From an uncultured Clostridia bacterium (lineage in GTDB: Bacteria > Bacillota > Clostridia > Christensenellales > UBA1242): 64,000 nucleotides of DNA. The notes under the pieces are model-generated. The model had not been told where the DNA came from, made no database searches, and saw only the letters and a program-made list of their open reading frames with translations. Shown piece by piece: positions 19,630 through 29,180 of this stretch. The DNA lies in NCBI GenBank assembly GCA_944377415.1, contig CALWEW010000004.1, forward strand, positions 1,681-65,680. Direction: 5' to 3'. A program made the translations under genes and the position numbers. Within the stretch, counting starts at the first letter, position 1. Every line of letters starts with the position of its first letter.

Positions 19630-20235
19630 ATGGAAAAGTTTGATGTTAAACAAGCCTTAATGGAGTATCACCCAAAAGATGATAGAGAAGCACTTGCAGT
19701 GCGCGAAATTTTGAGATTTTTAAACGACAACCCCGACAGTGCTTTCGACAGAACAAATGCATTTGGGCACATAACAGGTAGTGCTTTGGTTGTAGATGAA
19801 AATGGAAGTGTATTGCTAAATCATCACAAAAAGGCAAATATTTGGATACAGTTTGGCGGGCATTGCGATGGTGAGCGCGATGTAAAGAAAGTTGCGTTGC
19901 GTGAAACTATTGAGGAAAGTGGGCTGAATTTAAAAGACCTTGAATTTATGACTAGCGGTATTTATTCATGTGCTATCTATGACATTCCTGCTAACCGCAC
20001 CAAAGGCGAACCTGCACACAAACACTATGACATAGTTTTCTTGATTAAAACAAAAAATCGCGATTTTCACCTTTCTTCCGAATCTACCGAATTGCGTTGG
20101 TGTAGTCCCACAGAAGCCATTGAACTTGTAAACGGTGATGCCGTGTGTGTAAGCATGATAGAAAGCAGTCGCAAGTTTTTTCGCTTGAACAAAGATTTGA
20201 AATTAAATAAAACACCTGCGCTTTATTTAGTATAG
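19630..20235 (+). CDS. NUDIX hydrolase
   Basis: GHITGSA, HHKK..W.QFGGHCDGE....VALRETIEESGL, H.HYD. Confidence 0.92.
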   Translation: MEKFDVKQALMEYHPKDDREALAVREILRFLNDNPDSAFDRTNAFGHITGSALVVDENGSVLLNHHKKANIWIQFGGHCDGERDVKKVALRETIEESGLNLKDLEFMTSGIYSCAIYDIPANRTKGEPAHKHYDIVFLIKTKNRDFHLSSESTELRWCSPTEAIELVNGDAVCVSMIESSRKFFRLNKDLKLNKTPALYLV

Positions 20236-20258
20236 TTGGAATAGCAAAACTTTAAACT

Positions 20259-20289
20259 TAAAAAAAGGTCGCTTTTTGCGGTCTTTTTT
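20259..20289 (+). terminator. Probable terminator
   Basis: AAAAAAGGTCGC-TTTTT-GCGGTCTTTTTT. Confidence 0.6.
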
Positions 20290-20325
20290 GCATTTTTATA
20301 GGCAGTTGCGCCATAAATTAGCGGT

Positions 20326-21912
20326 ATGCAGAAAGTTGTAAATTTCAAACAAAGTCTAGATTCATATTTGCGGCTAATTGATACGCGCATTTTAAATAAT
20401 GATTTATTAGGAGCGTTAGATTCGGCGCGCCGCGCTCTTGAATACGCAAAAACTCGTGCTGACCGCGAAAGTTTAAACATTATAATAGGTCAAATCTATT
20501 TTGAAATGGAATTATATGAACTGAGTTGCGAGCATTTTTTTAGGGCTGTAAGGATTCCCGAAACTCGTGCTGCCGCTTTTTTTGGAATAGGCAGAAACAT
20601 GGTCAAAATGGATAATGCACGCCTAGCACTTGATTATTTTGATGCTGTTCTCGAACTTTCAAATGCGCAAGATTTCGCTGGTGCCGTGCTTGAATGGACA
20701 AATATTTTAAAAAACGAAATTGAAAGTGCTCCGCAAACTCGCCCAACCCTTGCAGTAGCAAAAAATCTTGTTAAAATGAAAAAATTTGACGATGCAATCA
20801 CTCTTTTAACACCACTTACAAAAAATGATATCGAAGCAAAAATTTATCTTGCAGATGTTTTGATAATGGCTTCAAAATTCCAACCAGCGCGCGAAATCTT
20901 GTTTGAAATTTTACGAGATGACCCTGTGAATGTTTCTGCAATTTTGGTGCTTTCAACGCTATGTTATGCAGAGCACGATAATACAAGTTTAGAGATTAAC
21001 CTGCAAAAAATTGATGGTATACCGTTAGAATTTAAGCACTTAGTGCTAGTTGGTTCGCTTTATGCGGGAATAGGTAAGTATGAGAATGCTGCTAACTATT
21101 TTGAGCGCGCAGTCAAAGCGGACGAATATAATACACGCGTTTGGCTTTATCTTGCAATCGTAAAATATAATCTTGGAAACATTCAAGATGCGCAATATTG
21201 TTTAAATCAAGCGCGGTGGATAGACATTGAAAACCCTGTTTTAAATGCTTATCACGAAATTTTTACTAGGAAAACGGTTGCTCCTCCCTTAAAATTGGCA
21301 ACAAGTTTACCCAAAAGCGTTGCAGAAGCAAAACGCAAAAATATAATCGGGGCTCTTTCAGGTGGGCATTTTTGTGATGAAATAAATCACTCACTATTTT
21401 TAATAGATGACATTGAGTGGGAGTTTTCAACTAAAAGTGTAGATTTGACCGCTAGGCTTTCATCTGCACTTTCTCGTTGTAAAAAGAAAAAAGCCACTGT
21501 ATTGTATCGTAAACTTTTACTCTCAATTCGCTTGAATAAAGAACAAAAATTTAACCTAACAAAGTACGCAATAATAAACGAAAACTTTAAAATTATTGAT
21601 GTAACGGGTGGATACCGCTATCGTAGTTTTCGCGTAAAAACACCATCGCCATTTTTGAAAGATTTGCGACTAAAATCAGGTTACGCTGGGGCAATCAGTT
21701 ATGCCGAAATTAATGATATAAATGTAAATTTTGAGAAAATTACACAAAAAATCGTAAAAAACCTGCAAAATTTTGTAGATTTGCCCGAGAATGTACTGTC
21801 TTGCTTGTATTTTTGTGAAAATGCGCAAGTTTTAAAGCAAGCGTGCATATATTTTGGAGTCGGGGACGAACAAGTGTATAAAGCCATAAATGACCTTGGA
21901 ATTATTGCCTAA
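20326..21912 (+). CDS. Tetratricopeptide repeat protein
   Basis: Helical TPR patterns, e.g. VGSLYAGIGKYENAANYFERAVKAD, WLYLAIVKYNLGNIQDA. Confidence 0.82.
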   Translation: MQKVVNFKQSLDSYLRLIDTRILNNDLLGALDSARRALEYAKTRADRESLNIIIGQIYFEMELYELSCEHFFRAVRIPETRAAAFFGIGRNMVKMDNARLALDYFDAVLELSNAQDFAGAVLEWTNILKNEIESAPQTRPTLAVAKNLVKMKKFDDAITLLTPLTKNDIEAKIYLADVLIMASKFQPAREILFEILRDDPVNVSAILVLSTLCYAEHDNTSLEINLQKIDGIPLEFKHLVLVGSLYAGIGKYENAANYFERAVKADEYNTRVWLYLAIVKYNLGNIQDAQYCLNQARWIDIENPVLNAYHEIFTRKTVAPPLKLATSLPKSVAEAKRKNIIGALSGGHFCDEINHSLFLIDDIEWEFSTKSVDLTARLSSALSRCKKKKATVLYRKLLLSIRLNKEQKFNLTKYAIINENFKIIDVTGGYRYRSFRVKTPSPFLKDLRLKSGYAGAISYAEINDINVNFEKITQKIVKNLQNFVDLPENVLSCLYFCENAQVLKQACIYFGVGDEQVYKAINDLGIIA

Positions 21913-22022
21913 ATAAACTCAAATTGTTTGTTGTTAATTTTGTTTAGATAAAGAGAACCTTTGATTAAATGAAATTAATAGTACTATGCATATAAAATTT
22001 TATAAAAAATATTTAAAAAGAG

Positions 22023-23093
22023 GTGGGAGTGCAAGCGAAGAAAATCGGCACTGCAATACTTGTCGGCGCGGTTATGTTTGGTTCGATTGTTGGAGCGGGC
22101 TTTGCAAGTGGCAAGGAAGTTTGGTTTTATTTTGCGCAATTCGGCTGGGTTGCTTTCCCGATGATAGTTGTTGCGGGCATTTTGCTTTTCGTTTTAGGCT
22201 TTGTCTTTCTTGAATTTGGCAAGAAATACGGCATTGAATCTGTTCAACAAATGAATGCACACCTTTTTGGCAAGTTTGGAACTGTTGCTGAAATAATCTT
22301 TATTTTTAGTAATTTTATTTTACTTTCCGCCATGTTTGCAGGTGCTAATTCTCTTTTTGACATAGTTATCTCGCAAGACTTTTACCGTTATGCAAGTGTT
22401 TTTACTGCAATTATTGCGGTGGTAATTAGTTGGCTCGGGTTTGATAAAATGGTAAGGGTCAATTTAGTTGTTGTGCCCCTCATGGTCATAATAATTTTAG
22501 TTGCTTTTGTATATTGTTTGGGAAATGCGGGTGGTTTCACAGTTCCTATGACAAGTGGCTTAGATTTACTTTCTTCAATTATATATTGTGTTATGTATGT
22601 TTGCTCAAATTTGTTTTTTGCTGGGTTCATTTTTGCGCGACTGGGGGCAAATCACTCACGAAAAGTAAACATGGCAGGAAGCGCCATAGGTGCATCATTT
22701 ATGGTACTGTGTCTAATAGGAATGGTGGTATCAATTTATCTTAACCCTTATAGTTCGATGTCGGATATGCCTCTTGTGTATATCGCAAGCAGCGCAAGCC
22801 ATATTTTTGGAGTGATAACATTAATTGTGGTTTGGATAGGAATTGCAACTACCGCTGTTTCGTTGGTTTATACAATTGCGGCATGGCTTGAGCGGTACAC
22901 GCATTCATTTAAAATTTGTAGTATAGTCGTTTGTATAATCTGTTTGATAATTTCGGGACTGGGTTTTGGTGCAATAGTTAATTACTGTTATCCTGTGTTA
23001 GGAGTTTTTGGCGTGATATTTATGATACGCATGGTTTATGTTACTCACAAACAACACAAACAAGAAATTCCTAAAAATGCTTTAAAGGGGTAA
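22023..23093 (+). CDS. YkvI-family membrane protein (APC-like, spore-associated)
   Basis: GSIVGAGFASGKEVWFYF signature; about 10 TM segments; YPVLG near the C-terminus. Confidence 0.85.
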   Translation: MGVQAKKIGTAILVGAVMFGSIVGAGFASGKEVWFYFAQFGWVAFPMIVVAGILLFVLGFVFLEFGKKYGIESVQQMNAHLFGKFGTVAEIIFIFSNFILLSAMFAGANSLFDIVISQDFYRYASVFTAIIAVVISWLGFDKMVRVNLVVVPLMVIIILVAFVYCLGNAGGFTVPMTSGLDLLSSIIYCVMYVCSNLFFAGFIFARLGANHSRKVNMAGSAIGASFMVLCLIGMVVSIYLNPYSSMSDMPLVYIASSASHIFGVITLIVVWIGIATTAVSLVYTIAAWLERYTHSFKICSIVVCIICLIISGLGFGAIVNYCYPVLGVFGVIFMIRMVYVTHKQHKQEIPKNALKG

Positions 23094-23097
23094 AAAA

Positions 23098-23760
23098 TTG
23101 AAAAAAATCACAAAAAATGCAGAAAAAAAGCAATTTTTTCATAAATTTAAAAATTTTTCAGTCATTTCGCGTAGAAATACTTTTATTGAGAAAGGGGCAC
23201 AGATAGGGAAAAATTGTGTGATTTATCCTAATGTTTATATAGATAAAAATTGCAAAATTGGCGAAAATTGCATAATATATAACGGTACAATTTTAAAAAA
23301 TACAGAAATCAAAAATGACACTATAATTTATAGTTATTGTGTACTTGATGGTTGCAAGGCGGGCAGTTGTTGCCGTCTTGGCCCCTTTTTGCATACTCGT
23401 GAAAAAACAGTAATTGGGAACGGGGTTCGTCTTGGGAATTTTTGCGAAACTAAAAATGCAGAAATTGATGACAATACAAAAGTTGCGCATTTAAGTTATG
23501 TTGGAGATGCTACTATCGGCAAAAATTGCAATTTTGGTTGTGGTACGGTTTTTGCTAATTACGACGGAAAAAAGAAAATGCATAGTACTGTGAAAAACGG
23601 TTGTTTTATAGGGTGCAATGTAAATATTGTCGCTCCTGCCGAAATTGGTGAAAATGTGTTTGTTGCCGCTGGTACTACAGTAACAAAGACAATAAAAAGC
23701 AACACATTTGTAATTGGTCGTCCAGAAATTAAGCAAAAGCCAAATAAAAAACTTAAATAA
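23098..23760 (+). CDS. Stand-alone GlmU C-terminal acetyltransferase (left-handed beta-helix) domain
   Basis: GPFLH, GNFCETK, AHLSYVGDA.IG..CNFGCGTVFANYDG.KK, FIGCNVNIVAP. Confidence 0.85.
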   Translation: MKKITKNAEKKQFFHKFKNFSVISRRNTFIEKGAQIGKNCVIYPNVYIDKNCKIGENCIIYNGTILKNTEIKNDTIIYSYCVLDGCKAGSCCRLGPFLHTREKTVIGNGVRLGNFCETKNAEIDDNTKVAHLSYVGDATIGKNCNFGCGTVFANYDGKKKMHSTVKNGCFIGCNVNIVAPAEIGENVFVAAGTTVTKTIKSNTFVIGRPEIKQKPNKKLK

Positions 23761-23867
23761 ATTTATTAAGTAAATAAATTAATTTTAAAGTAAAAAATCA
23801 ACTTGTTATAAAAAGTTAGCAAAATCGAAAAATTTTGAGTTTAATTTTTTAGTTTATAAGGTGGAAT

Positions 23868-25061
23868 ATGGATAATATTGCTGTTGTTTTGGCTGGTGGA
23901 AAAGGCACACGCATGAAGCGAAAATCAAAAGTTCTTGAAACGCTATGCTGCAAACCTATAATATCTCATATTGTTGATAAATTAAAAGAAATTAACTTAA
24001 AAATAGTAGTTGTGATAGGGGTGGAAAGCGAAATCCCAAATTTATTAGGGGAGAGTGTAGAATATGTCGTGCAAAATGAGCCATTAGGTACGGGGCATGC
24101 ACTTTTTTTAGCAAGCGAATATATATCAAAAATTCACAAAAAGAAATTTTTTACTGTTAATAAATATTTTAATACAAAAAGTTTAAATGCTTTGAAAGTT
24201 TGTAGAGCGAGTATAACATGTTTAAAAAATAAAGAGATACTCATAAAAAATTGTGTAAAATTCAATAAAAATAGTAATTTTAATGTTTTAATTATTAATG
24301 GCGATGGGCCTTTTGTTAATTTGAATATTTTAAAGAGTATGCTGTATTTAAATATTTGCGATATGAAAGTACTTGTGGGGTGTGCTGATAAAAGTAGTCG
24401 TTTTGGCAGAATAATTAGAAATAATGATGGAGAGATAATAGAAATCATTGAGGCGAAAGATTGTAGCAATGATGAAATAAATATTACCGAAGTTAATCTG
24501 GGGCTTTACTGTGTAAAAAATTCAATTTTACAAAAAAATATTAAAAAATTATCGAAAAATAATGCACAAAATGAGTACTATGCAACAGATTTAGTTCAAC
24601 TTGTTTACAATGACGGCGGGAAGATTGAAAGTGTAAATGTTGATAATAACAGTTCTGCAAAAGGCGCAATGTATTTAAGTGTTAATGATTTGAATGAACT
24701 TGATGCTGTTGAACGCGAAATGCAGAGTGATTTAATAGCAAAATTACGGTCAAGTGGTGTGCGATTTATTGGAGATTCGGTAGTTGATTGTTATTCAAAA
24801 ATTGGCTCATTTTCTACGATACACGCATTTTGTAATATTGAAAAATCCACGGTTTGTGAAAATGTGGAAATCTTTTCGCACTGCTCGTTGTGTAATTCAA
24901 AAATTGAAGAAAATGTTAAAATTTATAATAGTTGCACAATTTTAAATTGTGAAATAGGCGAAAATGTAAAAATCGGTGCAGGTTGCGTTCTTGAAAATTG
25001 CAAAATAGAAAAAAATACAACCGTTGAAAGCGGTTGCATTTTAAAAGGTAAGTTTAATTAA
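23868..25061 (+). CDS. GlmU N-terminal uridyltransferase domain with truncated hexapeptide tail
   Basis: LAGGKGTRMK..KVL, QNEPLGTGHA, NGDGP, FGRIIR, EVNLG.Y, NAQNEYYATD, SVNDL. Confidence 0.85.
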   Translation: MDNIAVVLAGGKGTRMKRKSKVLETLCCKPIISHIVDKLKEINLKIVVVIGVESEIPNLLGESVEYVVQNEPLGTGHALFLASEYISKIHKKKFFTVNKYFNTKSLNALKVCRASITCLKNKEILIKNCVKFNKNSNFNVLIINGDGPFVNLNILKSMLYLNICDMKVLVGCADKSSRFGRIIRNNDGEIIEIIEAKDCSNDEINITEVNLGLYCVKNSILQKNIKKLSKNNAQNEYYATDLVQLVYNDGGKIESVNVDNNSSAKGAMYLSVNDLNELDAVEREMQSDLIAKLRSSGVRFIGDSVVDCYSKIGSFSTIHAFCNIEKSTVCENVEIFSHCSLCNSKIEENVKIYNSCTILNCEIGENVKIGAGCVLENCKIEKNTTVESGCILKGKFN

Positions 25062-25147
25062 TAGAAATTTTTTTTGCTCTTATAATTTTAAATTTTGCAA
25101 AATTTTTTAATACATTTAAAAATTTTTATTTTCATTTTTGTAAGAAA

Positions 25148-26587
25148 TTATAATCTCTCAAGCGTCGTTGCCATGCGGGCAATACTTTCGGCTTTTCCTA
25201 GAACTTCCATGATTTCAGTTGCTCCACCAACAGTTACAACATTTCCTGATACAGCGAGGCGAATAACCCACATTACAGACATAGATTTAATTCCTAATTC
25301 TTCCGCTAGAGCATTCAAGACATTAAAAAGCGTGTCATTATTCCAACTGTCAACTGTATTTAATTTTTCAAGTGCATTTTTTAGAATTGTTTTTGCATTT
25401 TCGAGAGTTGTTTTTTTCTTCGAATTTTCAAGCAAATTAATATCAAATTCTGGAAGCGCTTGGAAAAATTCAATTTTTTCTGGAATTTCGCTTAAAATTT
25501 GCACTCTGGGTTGCAGTAGTCGTAAAAGTGCATCAAAATTTGCAACTTCGTGAGTTAAAACTTTTTCAATAAAAGGTTGTGCAACAATGCCAAACTCGGA
25601 TGTTGTCATATTGGTCAAATATTTTGCATTTAGCCATTTTAATTTATCGTAATCGAAAATTGCGCTAGATTTACGGATATCCGCGGGGTCAAAAATTTCT
25701 ACAAGGTCGTTGAGTGAAAAAATTTCGCGTTCGTCTTTTGGATGCCAACCCAACATGACAATATAATTTAAAATTGCTTCGGGCAAGTATCCATTTGCAA
25801 CCATGTCGGCGAAAGTTACGGAGCCGTGGCGTTTGCTTAATTTTGAAACAGAACCGTCTTCATTTTTGCCCATAATAAGTGGTAGATGATAATACTCTGG
25901 CAAATCCCAACCAAAAGCACGGTAAATTTGCACATACTGTGGCGTACTAGTAATATATTCACTACCACGCACAACAGTATTTACATTCATTAAGTGGTCA
26001 TCTATGACATGAGCAAAATTGTATGTCGGGAAGCCATCAGATTTAATCAAAATTAAGTCGTACATCGTGTTATTTTCGACTGTAATGTCACCAAAAACAT
26101 TATCATGATAAGTTGTTTCGCCATCTCGCGGCATTTTAAAGCGAATTACATAAGGTTTTCCTGCTGCAAGATTTTCATCAATTTCTGCTTGTGTCAAATT
26201 GCGACAATGACCATTATAAGCCGCAAAATTTCCATTATCTGTTTGTTTTTCTTCTTTTCCACAAAAACAGTAATAAGCGCAGCCTTTATCAATTAGCATT
26301 TTCGCGTAATGAGTGTAAATATCTTTGCGCTCACTTTGGCGATAAGGACCTGCGGGGCCACCGATGTCTGGGCCTTCGTCATAAGTCAAGCCGATTGTGT
26401 GAAGTGTGTCAATAATAACTTTTTCCGCACCAGCAACAAAACGCTCACGGTCGGTATCTTCAATGCGCAAAATAAATTTCCCGCCCGAGTGTCTAGCAAT
26501 TAGGTATGAGTAGAGTGCTGTTCGCAAATTCCCTATGTGCATGTATCCCGTTGGACTAGGTGCAAAGCGGGTAACTATTTCTTTCAT
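25148..26587 (-). CDS. gltX: Glutamate--tRNA ligase
   Basis: TRFAPSPTGYMHIG, LRIEDTD, KLSKRHG. Confidence 0.97.
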   Translation of the reverse strand: MKEIVTRFAPSPTGYMHIGNLRTALYSYLIARHSGGKFILRIEDTDRERFVAGAEKVIIDTLHTIGLTYDEGPDIGGPAGPYRQSERKDIYTHYAKMLIDKGCAYYCFCGKEEKQTDNGNFAAYNGHCRNLTQAEIDENLAAGKPYVIRFKMPRDGETTYHDNVFGDITVENNTMYDLILIKSDGFPTYNFAHVIDDHLMNVNTVVRGSEYITSTPQYVQIYRAFGWDLPEYYHLPLIMGKNEDGSVSKLSKRHGSVTFADMVANGYLPEAILNYIVMLGWHPKDEREIFSLNDLVEIFDPADIRKSSAIFDYDKLKWLNAKYLTNMTTSEFGIVAQPFIEKVLTHEVANFDALLRLLQPRVQILSEIPEKIEFFQALPEFDINLLENSKKKTTLENAKTILKNALEKLNTVDSWNNDTLFNVLNALAEELGIKSMSVMWVIRLAVSGNVVTVGGATEIMEVLGKAESIARMATTLERL

Positions 26588-27073
26588 AAAAACTCCTTTG
26601 AATTGGTCTCAATTAACAATGCTAATATTTTAACTTTTATAAAATTTTTTGTCAATGTATTTTTATTAGAACTTTAAATATAAAAACGGTATTTCTGCAA
26701 ATTCTGCACATCAGAATTGGCTTAACAAGAATTTGGTCTTAAAAATCGAAATTTAACATTTTATAAATTTTGTCTAAAAATGTTAAAAATATTTAAACAC
26801 TTTACAAAATTATGTAAAATATTTTATAATATAAACACCTGTTAAATTTTTACAAATTTTGCAGAGTTTAGGGAATTGTGTTTGCGTAAGACTTAATTAA
26901 TACTACTTTACCTTTTTTATTTATACAAGAAGGTTGTCAGGTGTGGAGTGCGAGTGAATTTTTGATACTATGCATATAATTTTTGTCACTTTATGTCTGT
27001 TTTTGTGGTACTATGCATTATTTTTTAAGTATTATGCAACATTATTTATGTATACTTGTATTTAGGAGTTAGC

Positions 27074-29134
27074 ATGAAAATTACAATTATTGCCGATATG
27101 TATGGCACGCAAGATAACGGAACAAGTAATGCTGTAAAGAATCTTAGTAAACATATGTTGGCTCGAGGCCATAAAGTTACTGTTGTTTCACCATATGCGG
27201 GTGAGGACAAATCTGGAATTAGGTATATTCAAGTGGAATCTCGTCATTTTATGGGGCTTGAAAGCTATGTACGCAAAAATGGAGTTGTTTTAGGGCAGCC
27301 CGAAATTGACAAACTAATTCGAGGAATTGTCGATGCTGATGTTGTGCACATGATGATGCCCTTCAAGATGAGTAGAGCGGTTATTCCACTTGTAAAAATG
27401 TTAAATATCCCTTATACAACATCTACACATGTGCAACCTGAAAATATTTTAGCGCATGTTGGCATGAAAGATTGGCAGTTTTTAAATTCTTGGTGGTATC
27501 GCCATTATTGGAAAAAATTTTATCGAAATGTTGAGTTTGTGCACTCACCGACACAATTTATGGTTGATGAATTGCATTCTCACAAATATAACAATCGTTT
27601 TCGAGTTATAACAAATGGTGTCCGTCCTGAATTTCGTTATATTCCTATGGAAAAGCCGAAGGAATTTCAAGATAAGTTTGTCATTTTAATGACAGGGCGT
27701 TATTCTGAAGAAAAAAGACAAGATTTACTAATTAAGGCAGTAAAGAAAAGTAAATATCGCGACAAAATACAACTTGTGATTTTAGGACAGGGGCCGCGTG
27801 AGAAAAAATTAAAAAAACTTGCTCGTGGACTTAAAAATCCCGCGATTTTTGGGTATTTAGACTATCAAGACTTTATAAAAATGATAAATACTGCCGATTT
27901 GTATGTTCACACAAGTGAAACGGAAATTGAGTGTTTAAGTTGTATGGAAGCGATGATTTGCGCTCGTCCGTGCATTTTTAGTGACCATAAACATTGTGCA
28001 ATTCGGTATTTTGCCCGCGATGAAAAAACTTTGTTTAAGGCGGGCAACTATAAAGATTTAACAAAGAAGATTGATTATTTCATCGAACATGACGACGAAC
28101 GCCGAGAGTTAGGGGAATATAACTTAAAATACGCGCTTGAACATTTCGATATGAATGCGGCGATGGATAGAATGGAAGGTTTCTTTAAGGAAGCAATAGA
28201 GTTTTATCAAGATTATTACAAAAAGCACCCAGACGGCGGAGTTCATAGCGATTTTGAACCTGCTGCGCATGACCATTTACTAAATGCGGGGAATGCTGTA
28301 ACTCGTGAGAAAGTTGATGAAAATTATAAATATGAACACAAAAATATATTCTATCGAATGTATTCGGACTTTTTGCTTGGTTTTGCGAAGTTAGTTTTAC
28401 CGCCTTTTGCTCATATTAAATACGGTTATAAAATTAAAGGGCGTAAAAATATTAAGAAAATGAAGCACAAGGGTGCAGTTCTTGTGTCAAATCACGCTCA
28501 TGTAATGGATGGAGCGCTAATTTGCGCCCATGTCGGTTGGCGAAAAACTCGATTTGTAATGCTTGCAGAGCATCTTGCAATTCCGGTTGCGGGGAAATTG
28601 ATGGTTGCTTTGGGTGGACACCCGATTGCTGATAATGTTGCGGGTGCTCGCCATAGTATGAGAGTTTTAAACAATGCACTTAATCACAAAAAACTTGTGC
28701 TCATATTTCCCGAAAGCAGTTTACATCCTTATTGTACTACCTTGCGCGAGTTTAATGACGGAGCGTTTAGAATAGCGGCAAGCAATAATGTACCTATTGT
28801 ACCATATGTAATTACATTTAGGCAAAAAAGCACTAAAAAATCACAAAAAAATGACAAAAATTCACCGAAATTAGATAAAAAAGAGATGCATAGTACTGAT
28901 AATGATGTGCGTAGTACTGTGGTTGGTGGTGAAACTGATAAACAAGAAAATAGCAAAAATTCACCGAAAATTAAGCAAAAAATGTATATAACTATTTGTG
29001 AACCTATATACCCAAATGCAAATCTTGAGCAAAAAGAACGCGCAAAAGATTTAAAAGAGCTTACGCTAAAAGTTTACGAAGAAAAAATGAAAGAATTTTA
29101 TTCTAAATATCCTATCATAAAAGAAGTGAAATAA
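27074..29134 (+). CDS. GT4 glycosyltransferase fused to a PlsC-type acyltransferase
   Basis: RBS AGGAG before ATG 27074; NGV, GRYSEEKR, E-x7-E (EIECLSCME); C-terminal SNHAHVMD, IFPES, NVPIVP. Confidence 0.88.
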   Translation: MKITIIADMYGTQDNGTSNAVKNLSKHMLARGHKVTVVSPYAGEDKSGIRYIQVESRHFMGLESYVRKNGVVLGQPEIDKLIRGIVDADVVHMMMPFKMSRAVIPLVKMLNIPYTTSTHVQPENILAHVGMKDWQFLNSWWYRHYWKKFYRNVEFVHSPTQFMVDELHSHKYNNRFRVITNGVRPEFRYIPMEKPKEFQDKFVILMTGRYSEEKRQDLLIKAVKKSKYRDKIQLVILGQGPREKKLKKLARGLKNPAIFGYLDYQDFIKMINTADLYVHTSETEIECLSCMEAMICARPCIFSDHKHCAIRYFARDEKTLFKAGNYKDLTKKIDYFIEHDDERRELGEYNLKYALEHFDMNAAMDRMEGFFKEAIEFYQDYYKKHPDGGVHSDFEPAAHDHLLNAGNAVTREKVDENYKYEHKNIFYRMYSDFLLGFAKLVLPPFAHIKYGYKIKGRKNIKKMKHKGAVLVSNHAHVMDGALICAHVGWRKTRFVMLAEHLAIPVAGKLMVALGGHPIADNVAGARHSMRVLNNALNHKKLVLIFPESSLHPYCTTLREFNDGAFRIAASNNVPIVPYVITFRQKSTKKSQKNDKNSPKLDKKEMHSTDNDVRSTVVGGETDKQENSKNSPKIKQKMYITICEPIYPNANLEQKERAKDLKELTLKVYEEKMKEFYSKYPIIKEVK

Positions 29135-29139
29135 CATTA

Positions 29140-29166
29140 AAAAATCACCGAAATTTCGGTGATTTT
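29140..29166. terminator. Bidirectional terminator
   Basis: AAAATCACCGAA-AT-TTCGGTGATTTT between convergent genes. Confidence 0.75.
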
Positions 29167-29180
29167 CCTATTTGTTATAT

